A program made the translations under genes and the position numbers. DNA of 64,000 nt, taken from Candidatus Kaiserbacteria bacterium. GTDB taxonomy: Bacteria; Patescibacteriota; Minisyncoccia; Phycocordibacterales; UBA2100. Under the pieces are notes generated by a model, which ran no database searches, was not told where the DNA came from, and saw only the letters and a program-made list of their open reading frames with translations. Every line of letters starts with the position of its first letter. Positions within the stretch are counted from its first letter, which is position 1. The DNA is taken from assembly GCA_016186695.1 (NCBI GenBank), contig JACPLC010000001.1:32284-96283 (forward strand). The letters run 5' to 3'. This document shows, in pieces, positions 1 to 9,135 of the stretch.

Positions 1-909
1 GGATCGCTCACCATCGGTTGCGGTATTGTCGGAAGCGGCGCAATGGCATGCCCCCGCGCGCTTGTCGCATCGCACACGTACGCAGCAAACGGTACCTATG
101 CCGCCAAACTGCGGAATACTCTGATGGCCTGCGCACCAATTGATTGCAATGTCGTCGGCTCGGTGACGATTTACGTTGGAGGTTCCACCGCCGATCCTTC
201 GAGCGATCCACGATGCCGTGCGTGGTACGACGGATGCAACGACTGCTCGCGCGAATATCCCGGCGGCCCTGCCGCATGTACGCTGCGCGCATGTATCTGG
301 CAGGCTCCCGCCTACTGCAAGGCATACTTCGACTCCACCGCAAACAAGCCGCCCGTTATCTCTTCTTTCTCGGGGCCGACCACGTTGAATGTCAATCTGG
401 CAGGCACGTGGACGATCCAAGCGAGCGATCCGGAAAATGGTCCCTTAAATTATCGCGTGAGTTGGGGAGATGAATATCTCCTTGCTCCTATGATGAGTTC
501 CGCCGCAGAGGCGTTCGTGCAGACGACAACGTTCACGCATGCGTACAGCTCTGCGGGAACATACACCGTGACGATCATTGTTCGTGACTCCGCGGGGCAG
601 GAAGCGCGAACCTCGACCACGGTGCGCATCGATGGCACGCCGCAGTATTGCACAATGGAGTACGCACCCGTGTGCGGACAGCCTCCCGAACCCGCGTGCC
701 GATACACACCGCCCTACTGCATGCTCCCGACACCCGCGCCCCAAACGTACGGCAACCGCTGCCTGATGAATCAAGCGGGCGCAACGTTCCTCTACGAAGG
801 ACAGTGCCAGAGCGGCTACGCGTGCACGGCTGATGCGATGCAATGCCCCAATGGCACATGGGTCGGCCGCACGGGCCCCAACTGCCAATTCGTTTGCCCC
901 GGATACTAG
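1..909 (+). CDS. Secreted Cys-rich protein with a PKD/Ig-like beta domain (5' partial; the frame is open to the window edge, first ATG at 43)
   Basis: ORF 43..909 is open upstream to position 1. It contains the PKD-like motif VSWGDEY...GTYTVTIIVRDSAGQ, many Cys, and matches no cytoplasmic-enzyme family. Confidence 0.55.
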   Translation, partial: GSLTIGCGIVGSGAMACPRALVASHTYAANGTYAAKLRNTLMACAPIDCNVVGSVTIYVGGSTADPSSDPRCRAWYDGCNDCSREYPGGPAACTLRACIWQAPAYCKAYFDSTANKPPVISSFSGPTTLNVNLAGTWTIQASDPENGPLNYRVSWGDEYLLAPMMSSAAEAFVQTTTFTHAYSSAGTYTVTIIVRDSAGQEARTSTTVRIDGTPQYCTMEYAPVCGQPPEPACRYTPPYCMLPTPAPQTYGNRCLMNQAGATFLYEGQCQSGYACTADAMQCPNGTWVGRTGPNCQFVCPGY

Positions 910-944
910 ATTTGAACCCGAAACCGCAGCATCTTTTGCAATAT

Positions 945-991
945 TTCAAACATCCCGATACTTAAGTTTTTTCTTAAGTATCGGGATGTTT
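945..991. terminator. Perfect 18-19 bp inverted repeat (aaacatcccgatacttaag / cttaagtatcgggatgttt) with a U-rich loop, between convergent genes
   Basis: Read directly from the sequence. The hairpin lies between the stop of the + gene at 909 and the stop of the - gene at 1012. Confidence 0.6.
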
Positions 992-1011
992 GTGGCTTGG
1001 TTTGGGAACCC

Positions 1012-1431
1012 TTACGTGAGCGCCGTACGGATCTTCTCAAGTGTCTCTTCTGCCTCGCCATTTTCGTATGAGCGCTGTGGCATGAGCTTCAGGCCGTCGC
1101 CTTTGAAGCGCGGAATGATGTGCACGTGCGGATGAGGCACGAGCTGTCCGGCGTGTTCGCGGTTGTTCATCGCGATGTTGACGCCGTCGGCCTTCATTCC
1201 TTTTTCGATTGCGATCGCGAGCTTCCTCACGACCTCGGATACTGCCATCCAATCTTCCGGCGTGATGTCGAAAATATTATTTGAATGATTTTTTGGCGCG
1301 ACAAGCGTGTGTCCCGCATTCACCGGGCGGATGTCGAGGAACGCAAGCGTCTTCTCGTCCTCGTAGACTTTGTACGAAGGTATCTCTCCGCGGATGATCT
1401 TACAGAAAATGCAATCCGGCATATGCATCAA
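1012..1431 (-). CDS. HIT-family (histidine triad) nucleotide hydrolase
   Basis: HxHxHxx motif HPHVHIIPR, 139 aa, with HINT-like residues throughout. Confidence 0.85.
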   Translation of the reverse strand: MMHMPDCIFCKIIRGEIPSYKVYEDEKTLAFLDIRPVNAGHTLVAPKNHSNNIFDITPEDWMAVSEVVRKLAIAIEKGMKADGVNIAMNNREHAGQLVPHPHVHIIPRFKGDGLKLMPQRSYENGEAEETLEKIRTALT

Positions 1432-1436
1432 CTATA

Positions 1437-2252
1437 TCACTCCGCTTTTTCAGCCGCGAAATCAAAGAATCGCTTCATCATCGTGGCGATAGCGTCGTCT
1501 TCAATAATGACGGCAATGGGATTCTCGCGGGCGAATGAAGCGATATTGACCTTGTTGTCGTAAATACTGATATCGCCCTCAAAATTGTACTGCGGTGGAA
1601 GAAATTTCGTCGTACGGATATATTTCGCATCATCATCTTTACTTCGTTTGCCACCCCCTGTCTCTGGTACAAGGTTGGTGCAACGAATACCGTAGCGCGT
1701 ACGCTTTTTTAGAAAATACTCAGTCCATGATTCACCCATATTTTTATAAACCGCATCCATTCCGGTGATACCGCGCAACAATTTCTCCTTGTTGCTCTCG
1801 AGCACATCCTCATATGCCTGTTTTACTCCTTCCTCTCCCTCAAAAAACTGCACTTTCGGCAATACGTTGCCTTTCGAGCGTAACAATTTGATCTGTGGAA
1901 TTATGTCAAGGAGCTGCGTTTTCGTCTCCTCGAGAGATTCTCGCCGCCGCTCTATGTACGCGGGCAAAAGCTCGACAGCAATTGCCTGATAACGCACTGC
2001 GCCCTCTTTCTTTACTTTCGAAACCAAACCCATTGTCTCGAGCTCTTTTAGAATATCGTACGTCGTCGTGCGATTGAGCTTCGAAATCTTAGCGATTACT
2101 GAAACTAACATCGGCGCCCCACCTTCGAGTAAGACGCTTAAGACATCAAGTGCCTTCGTATTTAAGCCGATGTTCTCCAGAGCTTTCTTCAAGGGCAGCA
2201 TGATGTTGTGGAAATACACCGACACTTTATGTCCAAAAGTATTGACTGTCAA
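1437..2252 (-). CDS. TrmB-family transcriptional regulator (N-terminal wHTH plus TrmB C-terminal domain)
   Basis: The N-terminal segment LDVLSVLLEGGAPMLVSVIAKISKLNRTTTYDILKELETMGLV is a typical TrmB wHTH. The size of 271 aa fits the family. Confidence 0.65.
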   Translation of the reverse strand: MTVNTFGHKVSVYFHNIMLPLKKALENIGLNTKALDVLSVLLEGGAPMLVSVIAKISKLNRTTTYDILKELETMGLVSKVKKEGAVRYQAIAVELLPAYIERRRESLEETKTQLLDIIPQIKLLRSKGNVLPKVQFFEGEEGVKQAYEDVLESNKEKLLRGITGMDAVYKNMGESWTEYFLKKRTRYGIRCTNLVPETGGGKRSKDDDAKYIRTTKFLPPQYNFEGDISIYDNKVNIASFARENPIAVIIEDDAIATMMKRFFDFAAEKAE

Positions 2253-2259
2253 GTAAAAT

Positions 2260-2709
2260 ATGGGATTATTGCGCCGGTTGATATCGACAATCTGTAGTGC
2301 ATGCCGGAAGGAGGATGCAATGAGAATATCTCGTGAGGAGGCACTGCAGAAGCTTATGCGTGCGCACGGAGCAGAAAGAGCGGATGTCTTTCTTCAGTTT
2401 GTTCAGGAAGTTGAAGACGATGAACTCCTCCTTGAGTTGGTCCAAGTCGTTCCGTGGGACGCAAGGGCAGCGCTTAACCTTACGTATTTTGTTACGCGCG
2501 CCGTGGCAGAGATGACGGGAGACTTGGCGTCTCTTAGGAGTGGTCCCGAGGCCACACTTTGGCAAAGGCCACATTGGGTGCAGTTGGTCGACAAGTCTGG
2601 TCAACCGCTCGCGAGAATCAGGGAGGTATTTCCTAGAGATTTATTCCGAAATGCTCTCATCGCAATCGCGCTGTTGACCAAGTATGAGTATTCGGCGATG
2701 GAGAAGTAG
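2260..2709 (+). CDS. Hypothetical protein
   Basis: ORF of 149 aa with no recognisable motif. It lies between the regulator and recJ. Confidence 0.35.
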   Translation: MGLLRRLISTICSACRKEDAMRISREEALQKLMRAHGAERADVFLQFVQEVEDDELLLELVQVVPWDARAALNLTYFVTRAVAEMTGDLASLRSGPEATLWQRPHWVQLVDKSGQPLARIREVFPRDLFRNALIAIALLTKYEYSAMEK

Positions 2710-3008
2710 GAATTCCTCACCCGGAACTCGTAGTGAAGGAGCCGAAAAATGAAATGGGTGCTCATCTACGCTCTGGCGACCTACCCCTGGTATGATCCGC
2801 GGGCTATCGCGACGCACTCCGTGGATTTTGCCGACGAAGAGCTGTGCAGGCAGGCGAAGACAGTGATGCTCCAGCCGGCAGATCCGAAAAGCTTTCGCCG
2901 CCCGTTTGCACTTGTGCTTTGGGCTGAATGCTTTCGGAAAGGCTGGTAGTTACCCGCGCGGATCGGTGTGATCCGCGCGGGCAAATTTTAACTGGTACAA
3001 TTCTTGGC

Positions 3009-4676
3009 ATGGTTGTTTCGGACCTAGTGAGAGAACTGTTGCAGAAAAGAGGGATTACTGAAACGGAAGCAGTCGAGAAATTTCTTGCGCCGGACTATGA
3101 ACGGGATACGCACGACCCTTTTTTGCTCAAGGGGATGGAGAAGGCCACTCAGCGATTGCTTAGTGCTATCGAGCAGGGTGAGCGGATAGCCGTATATGCG
3201 GATTTTGATTGCGATGGGATTCCCGGCGCGGCGCTCCTTTCGGATTTTTTCAAAAAGATCGGATACGAAAATTTCGAGGTGTATATTCCGCACCGCGACA
3301 GAGAAGGGTACGGGTTTCATACTGAAGCGATCGAACAGCTTTCGGCAGACAAAGTTTCGCTCATCATTACCGTCGATGTAGGGACCAATGCACTCGAAGC
3401 TGTTTCATTCGCAAAAGCAAAAGGCATCGCTGTTATCGTTACCGACCACCACGAGGTCACAGGAGCATTACCGGAATGTGTCGCCGTTCTCAATCCAAAA
3501 TTGGGCGAATATCCATTCCGCGATCTCTGCGGCGCAGCAGTTGCGTGGAAGCTTGTGCAGGCGCTTCTTATCGAAGGGAAGAAACAAAAACTTGACGCGT
3601 TTGCCCGCATACCGGATGGCTGGGAAAAGTGGCTCTTGGACCTTGTGGCAATTGCGACAGTTGCTGATCTTGTTCCTCTTGTCGGCGAGAATCGTGTGCT
3701 CGCTCACTTTGGTCTCAAGGTTCTTCGTCAGTCAAAGCGTACCGGCGTCACGGCGCTCTGCAACGCACTTCGTCTGCGAAAGAGCGAAATTACCGAAGAG
3801 ACGATCGCGTTTTCATTCGCGCCGCGCATCAATGCCGCTTCGCGCATGGACGAGCCGGAGTTTGCCTTCAGGCTTCTTGTCACGACCGATCAGAATGAAG
3901 CGGAGCGGATCGCAGCGCACCTCGAGGAGCTGAACGCAAGGCGAAAAACTGCTGTCGCGGTAGTAGTGAAGGCGGCAAAGCGCACGGCGCGGACCCGTTT
4001 CCGCTCGGATGAGCGCATCATTGTTATCGGTTCTCCCGATTGGAAGCCCGCGCTCCTCGGCCTTGCCGCCAATTCCATCATGGAGGAGCGCGGAGGCGTG
4101 GTGTGTTTGTGGGGCCGCGACGCAAACGGCCGCATCAAAGGCTCGTGCCGCTCCGACGGCTCGATATCGGTCGTTGATTTATTTGCAGCTTCGCGGGATG
4201 CATTCGTCGAGTTTGGCGGCCACCGTGCTTCCGGCGGCTTTACGGTTTCACACGAGCGCATACACACACTGCACGAATCGCTCGTCTCCGCGAGCGCGAA
4301 CATTCCTGCCGTTGCCTCGGATACCGATGAGAGTGTTCACGATGCACTCATCACGCTCCCCGAAGTAACGGAGAGACTTCTTGAAGAAGTTTCGAAGCTC
4401 GCACCTTTCGGCATCGGCAATCCAAAACCACGTTTTCTCGTCTCCTCCATCACCGTTTCCTCGGTGCGCATATTCGGGCGCGACCGGAATCATGTCGAAG
4501 TCATCGTTTCATGCGAGCGGACAGGGATCTCGGCGCGCGCGTTCGATTTTTTCAATTCACCCGAAGGATTTATGCACACGCCATCTATCGGAGGCTCGGT
4601 GCGGCTCCTCGCGACGGTGGAGCGGGACACGTTTCGCGGGGGCTTGGCTCTGCGACTTGTGGATGTGCTAGCATGA
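3009..4676 (+). CDS. recJ: Single-stranded-DNA-specific exonuclease RecJ (DHH/DHHA1); an alternative upstream start is at 2928
   Basis: DHH motifs DFDCDGIPGAALL and VTDHHEV, plus a C-terminal OB-like region. The ATG at 3009 gives an N-terminus typical for RecJ. Confidence 0.85.
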   Translation: MVVSDLVRELLQKRGITETEAVEKFLAPDYERDTHDPFLLKGMEKATQRLLSAIEQGERIAVYADFDCDGIPGAALLSDFFKKIGYENFEVYIPHRDREGYGFHTEAIEQLSADKVSLIITVDVGTNALEAVSFAKAKGIAVIVTDHHEVTGALPECVAVLNPKLGEYPFRDLCGAAVAWKLVQALLIEGKKQKLDAFARIPDGWEKWLLDLVAIATVADLVPLVGENRVLAHFGLKVLRQSKRTGVTALCNALRLRKSEITEETIAFSFAPRINAASRMDEPEFAFRLLVTTDQNEAERIAAHLEELNARRKTAVAVVVKAAKRTARTRFRSDERIIVIGSPDWKPALLGLAANSIMEERGGVVCLWGRDANGRIKGSCRSDGSISVVDLFAASRDAFVEFGGHRASGGFTVSHERIHTLHESLVSASANIPAVASDTDESVHDALITLPEVTERLLEEVSKLAPFGIGNPKPRFLVSSITVSSVRIFGRDRNHVEVIVSCERTGISARAFDFFNSPEGFMHTPSIGGSVRLLATVERDTFRGGLALRLVDVLA

Positions 4677-5308
4677 ATAGTATGGACAAGTTCTCGGCAA
4701 CGGCGAGCATTCGCGCAGGATGGTCTACCTTCAAGCGGCGCCCATGGTTTTTAGTTGGAATGACTGCGCTCATGCTCGTGCTCACGTGGGTAATCGGTGC
4801 CATAAGCGGGGTGTTTGGAGAAAAAGAAGCACCGGGACTTCTCGGCACTCTCCTCAATCTCGGCCTCTCGACACTCCTTTCTATGGGATTTACCGCTCTC
4901 GTGATTCGTGCGCACGACACGATCGAAAGTGCCGAAGTGGGCGACCTGTGGCATCCCAAACCCTTCTGGAAATTTCTCGCAGCGGAGTTTCTGGTCGGGG
5001 TTATTGTTTTTATCGGTCTCATTCTTCTCATCGTGCCGGGTGTTATAGCGATTTTGATGCTCCTCTTCTCCGTCTATATCGTTATCGACAGGGAACTCGG
5101 CCCGATCGAAGCGATGAAGGAAAGCATGCGGATAACGCGTGGCTCCCGCTCCGAGCTCCTGCTCCTTGTGCTGATGTGCATCGTACTCAACATTCTCGGG
5201 ATGGCTGCACTCATCGTCGGGCTTTTCATTTCAATCCCGATTACCGCGCTTGCCGTTGTGCATGCGTACCGCACACTTGAAAGAAAGGCTGAAGCGACGA
5301 GCGCGTGA
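4673..5308 (+). CDS. Polytopic membrane protein (DUF975-like); its ATGA start overlaps the recJ stop
   Basis: The 211-aa product runs from ATG 4673 and has 4-5 hydrophobic helices. Its frame matches the listed ORF 4511..5308. Confidence 0.55.
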   Translation: MNSMDKFSATASIRAGWSTFKRRPWFLVGMTALMLVLTWVIGAISGVFGEKEAPGLLGTLLNLGLSTLLSMGFTALVIRAHDTIESAEVGDLWHPKPFWKFLAAEFLVGVIVFIGLILLIVPGVIAILMLLFSVYIVIDRELGPIEAMKESMRITRGSRSELLLLVLMCIVLNILGMAALIVGLFISIPITALAVVHAYRTLERKAEATSA

Positions 5309-5715
5309 TGGGAAACGTCATCATCTATACGGACGGTGGAGCGCGGAATAATCCCGGCCCTGCCGGTGTGGGGATCGTGATTATTGATGGCTCGAAAAAA
5401 ATCGCTGAACTCAAAAAGTACATCGGCGAGCGGACGAACAACTGGGCCGAGTATGAGGCGGTGATTCTCGCGCTCACCGAGGCAAAAAAGCGCGGGCTCG
5501 CAAAGCGTGAGATAGAAGTGCGCATGGATAGCGAACTCATCCAACGCCAGCTCACCGACGAGTACAGGATCCAAGAGGAAACACTCTGGCCGCAGTATAT
5601 GAAGGTGCACAATCTTCTCGTTGCCCATTTTCCGAACATCCGATTCGTCCACGTGCCGCGCGAGGAGAACAAAGAGGCAGACTGGCTTGTAAACGAGGCG
5701 ATCGACGGGGCATAA
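5305..5715 (+). CDS. rnhA: Ribonuclease HI
   Basis: IYTDGGARNNPGPAGVG ... NNWAEYEA ... motifs are present across 136 aa. Confidence 0.85.
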   Translation: MMGNVIIYTDGGARNNPGPAGVGIVIIDGSKKIAELKKYIGERTNNWAEYEAVILALTEAKKRGLAKREIEVRMDSELIQRQLTDEYRIQEETLWPQYMKVHNLLVAHFPNIRFVHVPREENKEADWLVNEAIDGA

Positions 5716-5724
5716 TAGAGGTGT

Positions 5725-6039
5725 ATGGTGCGGGAGCAGATCAAAGGGACACTTGCCGGGTTTATCGACTTCATCCGTGATCGCGGAGTTGCGGGTTTTG
5801 CGATCGGCTTCATCTTGGGCGGCGCCGCACAGAAGCTCGTGCAGGCGCTGATGGACGATATCATGAATCCATTGATCGGATTTTTTTTCAACACTGAAAA
5901 TCTAACGCAATATACGGTTGGCGCTTTTAAAATTGGCGACTTTATCTCAGCACTCATTAATTTTTTTATTCTCGCCCTTGTTGTGTACGTTGCATTTAAG
6001 CTTCTCCAGTTGGAGAAGCTCGATAGGCCGAAAGTGTAA
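5725..6039 (+). CDS. mscL: Large-conductance mechanosensitive channel MscL
   Basis: N-terminal segment FIDFIRDRGVAGFAIGFILGGAAQKLVQALMDDIMNPLIG, 104 aa. Confidence 0.85.
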   Translation: MVREQIKGTLAGFIDFIRDRGVAGFAIGFILGGAAQKLVQALMDDIMNPLIGFFFNTENLTQYTVGAFKIGDFISALINFFILALVVYVAFKLLQLEKLDRPKV

Positions 6040-7511
6040 TGGGCGGGCGCTTAGTCTGGGCGATCGTTGCAGGTTTTCTCGCAGGAGTGTACTTGCGCTC
6101 GATTGCCCCGCTCGGGCTCTCCTTCGTTTTGTTTCTCTCGCTTAGCGCTGTTGCGACACTCCTACTCTCCGTTGTTACGCGCAAGAGTGCGCAGGGAGTG
6201 ATGTTCGTCGCGGTTCTTCTCGCGTGCGGGGCGGGGATTCTCCGCATGGACGCAGCAATTCTCATTCCCGATCTCGCACTCGTTGAAAAGGTTGGAGAAG
6301 AATTAACCCTTGAAGGTTTTATATTCAATGAGCCGGATGTACGGGAGGCGAGCGTGCGTCTCGCTATTAAGCTGGAAAGTGGCACGGGAATACTCGTGAT
6401 CGCTCCTGCTCACGCGGATATTTCCTACGGAGATCGCATTCGCGCCACAGGGACGTTGCAGTTTCCTTCAAGCTTTGAAACCGGTGTCGGCCGTGAGTTC
6501 AATTATCCCGCATACCTTGCAAAAGACGGGATCGGCTACGAACTCGCATTCGTGCGAGAGGTTGAGGTCGTTGGACAAGGCTCAACCAATCCTCTCAAGG
6601 CGTTTGCGATTAGGACGAAACATCTATTCCTTGAGGGTCTCGGGCGCGTGCTTCCCGAGCCGCACGCAGGCCTCGCGGGCGGTATCACCGTGGGCGACAA
6701 GCGTGGCTTGGGAGTGGAGCTTTCAGATGTCTTTCGCACGGTCGGGCTCGTCCACATCGTCGTCCTCTCCGGATACAACATCATGATTGTGATGGAAGGA
6801 CTCTCGCATGTCTTGGGATGGTTCCATGCCTCACGATACATTCGGCTCGGCACTACGGTATTTGTTGCGATTTTCTTTGCGCTCATGACGGGGCTCGCCG
6901 CGGCGTCGGTACGCGCCGCGGCGATGGCAGTGATCGCTGTTGTCGGCCGCGTGAGCGGCCGAATGTATCTCGCTTCGCGGGCGCTCGCGATAGTTGCAGC
7001 GGGGATGGTGCTTTGGAATCCATACATTCTTGCATTTGACCCCGGATTTCAGCTTAGCGTTCTCGCGACCGCTGGTCTCATTGCCTTCACACCGATAGTT
7101 ATCACGAAATTGCGATTCGTGCCGACGAAACTTGGTTTGCGGGAGATCGCCGCGACGACCATTGGCACGCAGTTCGCCGTCTTGCCGTTTCTCCTCTACC
7201 AGAGCGGGCAGCTTCCACTTTTCAGTCTTCCCGCCAACCTTCTTGCACTTATCGCGGTGCCCTTTGCAATGCTCTTTTCCGCGATTGCGTCGCTTGCCGG
7301 ACTTGCACTAGGACCTTTCGCCGTCGTCATTGCATTTCCGGCCTATGCGCTCCTCGGCTATATCGTCGAAGTCGGCAATCTCCTTGCCTCACTTCCGTAC
7401 GCCTCGGTTGCTCTCCCCGCATTTAGCGCAGGGTGGCTCGCGATCATATATGCAGGGATGCTACTATTAGTCTTGTATGAGCGATCCGGAAAAACTCGGG
7501 AATCCGTATAA
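6039..7511 (+). CDS. comEC: ComEC/Rec2 DNA-uptake channel (DUF4131 plus competence domain) that lacks the C-terminal metallo-beta-lactamase domain
   Basis: Polytopic membrane protein with the conserved competence-domain motif GLAGGITVGDKRGL...VGLVHIVVLSGYNIM. It ends without an MBL domain. Confidence 0.8.
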   Translation: MGGRLVWAIVAGFLAGVYLRSIAPLGLSFVLFLSLSAVATLLLSVVTRKSAQGVMFVAVLLACGAGILRMDAAILIPDLALVEKVGEELTLEGFIFNEPDVREASVRLAIKLESGTGILVIAPAHADISYGDRIRATGTLQFPSSFETGVGREFNYPAYLAKDGIGYELAFVREVEVVGQGSTNPLKAFAIRTKHLFLEGLGRVLPEPHAGLAGGITVGDKRGLGVELSDVFRTVGLVHIVVLSGYNIMIVMEGLSHVLGWFHASRYIRLGTTVFVAIFFALMTGLAAASVRAAAMAVIAVVGRVSGRMYLASRALAIVAAGMVLWNPYILAFDPGFQLSVLATAGLIAFTPIVITKLRFVPTKLGLREIAATTIGTQFAVLPFLLYQSGQLPLFSLPANLLALIAVPFAMLFSAIASLAGLALGPFAVVIAFPAYALLGYIVEVGNLLASLPYASVALPAFSAGWLAIIYAGMLLLVLYERSGKTRESV

Positions 7512-7713
7512 AAAGTTGAAAGACATAGAAGCAGAACGCCGAGCGCGGATAGAAAAGAGCGGATTAAAAATTGTTGGGGGAAGTGACGTTGAAGAGAAAG
7601 ACGGAGCATCGCTACAAGCAAACGAAAAACCAGCGAGCTTCAAATATCCTGACGAGTTACTCAAGAAACCCTTCAACCCAAAGGAGCCTGGAATATTGGA
7701 CGAGGGCGAGTAA
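7477..7713 (+). CDS. Small charged hypothetical protein that overlaps the comEC 3' end
   Basis: ORF only. It is K/E-rich and has no motif. Confidence 0.25.
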   Translation: MSDPEKLGNPYKKLKDIEAERRARIEKSGLKIVGGSDVEEKDGASLQANEKPASFKYPDELLKKPFNPKEPGILDEGE

Positions 7714-7737
7714 ACCCTTCGCAGTCTCAAAAAAAGA

Positions 7738-7767
7738 GCCGCCGTTGCTGGCGGCTCATGCGTCCGA
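7738..7767 (-). terminator. Rho-independent terminator (gagccgcc-gttgct-ggcggctc, A-run on the + strand and U-run on the - strand) downstream of the CBS gene
   Basis: GC-rich hairpin followed by a U-run on the minus strand. It sits 20 nt past the stop of the - strand gene that ends at 7788. Confidence 0.5.
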
Positions 7768-7787
7768 TTTGTCTTCTTGTCGACGAG

Positions 7788-8096
7788 TCAGTGCCACCAG
7801 TCCTCGGACCTGTTGGGATCGTCGCGATCATCGGCATGCGAATTTGGTTTCGGCCCGCTGAAGTCCTCCGTCACATAGTCGTGAGTCGGCAACGTGTCCC
7901 TCACTTTTTCCTCTTCTTGAGCGGCGAGCAGTTCGCCGATGGAGAGCACGGCAACCAGCTCGCCCTTATGCACGACGGGGATCGAGGCTAGACCCTCGTT
8001 CCTCATCGTTTCCAGTACGTCACTGACGCGTCGGTCGGGATGGCAAATGGTCGGTGGCCTTTTCGCTCGTTTTGCGATTAGCTCACTGATTTTCAT
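7788..8096 (-). CDS. CBS-domain protein
   Basis: The CBS-pair-like sequence VSDVLETMRNEGLASIPVVHKGELVAVLSIGELL is present. Confidence 0.65.
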   Translation of the reverse strand: MKISELIAKRAKRPPTICHPDRRVSDVLETMRNEGLASIPVVHKGELVAVLSIGELLAAQEEEKVRDTLPTHDYVTEDFSGPKPNSHADDRDDPNRSEDWWH

Positions 8097-8380
8097 GATG
8101 CTGCCTCCACGTGGTTGTTTTGTTCCACCCCGTCTCCCTCTTTCGGGAAAACGAACTCGCAGACGTAAGGTTCGTTCACCTCGGCGCGCGCTTTCTGCAG
8201 GTGCGGGGCGAACTCGGCCTCGAGGCCAATCTTTCGTGCGAGCTTGCCCAGCAGGTCGAGTGCACTGTGAGCGTCCTCTTTGGTGATGTACGAGTCCTCG
8301 AAATCGATGCTTTGCGCAGCGACCACCTGTTCGGCTGCGTTTTTCATTATTCCGAGTAGTTTCTGAAGAACATTTCTCAT
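8093..8380 (-). CDS. Hypothetical protein (stop/start overlap with the CBS gene)
   Basis: ORF of 95 aa with a 4-nt overlap that suggests an operon. Confidence 0.4.
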   Translation of the reverse strand: MRNVLQKLLGIMKNAAEQVVAAQSIDFEDSYITKEDAHSALDLLGKLARKIGLEAEFAPHLQKARAEVNEPYVCEFVFPKEGDGVEQNNHVEAAS

Positions 8381-8464
8381 GTCATACCTCCAAATGGTTT
8401 TGTCCGCGGAGTCGGCGGACTTTCACATGAGTTTAGGAACACTAGCCTGTCGGCGTCGAGGTGG

Positions 8465-9091
8465 TCAAGCGCTTGCCTCGTTGAAGCGTTTTTCGAGCAC
8501 GCCCCAGTTTAGGTTCTTGAAGAAGGCGTCGAGGTATTTGCCTTTGCCTGCCGCGCCGTAGTCGAGAAGGAAGGCGTGTTCCCACACGTCGAGCGCGAGG
8601 ATGATGGGAAGTGTCACAAAGTGACCTTGATGCTGCTCGCCGGTAAATCCGGTGAGAAATTGCCCGCCCGAACGACCGGAGTCGTCCGGTCGGGCGGGCT
8701 TGCCTTCCGGATCCCAGTAGAGCATTGCCCAGCCGGGGCCGCGCATGTTGCCGATCGCACGCATCATTTCGGTGAGCCACTCCGGTTTGTGATACTCATT
8801 TACGATCGCGTCATAAAATGGTCCGCTTGTGGTGAGCGCAGTCGAACCACCCTCGAACTGCGGGAAGTAGTGCTCATGCAAACGCATGCCGCCGAATTCG
8901 AATGAGCGACGGCGGATTAACTCCGACAGCGCATGTGCGTGCTTCTCCGAATCCTTTGCGTATTCAGGCAAAAGCGCGGAAATCGCATTGAAATTTTTCA
9001 CGTAGCCTTCATAGAGGCCGATGTGCTGTTTCACCGATTCTTCTGAAATTCCATCGAGCTTCGGGAGATTGAATTTTTTCGCTTCGTACAT
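8465..9091 (-). CDS. sodA: Fe/Mn superoxide dismutase
   Basis: The full Fe/Mn-SOD fold signature DVWEHAF is present, along with the metal-ligand His pairs. The product is 208 aa. Confidence 0.9.
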   Translation of the reverse strand: MYEAKKFNLPKLDGISEESVKQHIGLYEGYVKNFNAISALLPEYAKDSEKHAHALSELIRRRSFEFGGMRLHEHYFPQFEGGSTALTTSGPFYDAIVNEYHKPEWLTEMMRAIGNMRGPGWAMLYWDPEGKPARPDDSGRSGGQFLTGFTGEQHQGHFVTLPIILALDVWEHAFLLDYGAAGKGKYLDAFFKNLNWGVLEKRFNEASA

Positions 9092-9135
9092 ATGTGCCAG
9101 TATATCACTCGCATTCGTGAAGGTAGAATGACACG

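Noticed and set aside
8-343. 111-aa minus ORF at the window start
   Set aside because: It is antisense to the PKD-like secreted-protein gene, Arg-rich, and has no support.
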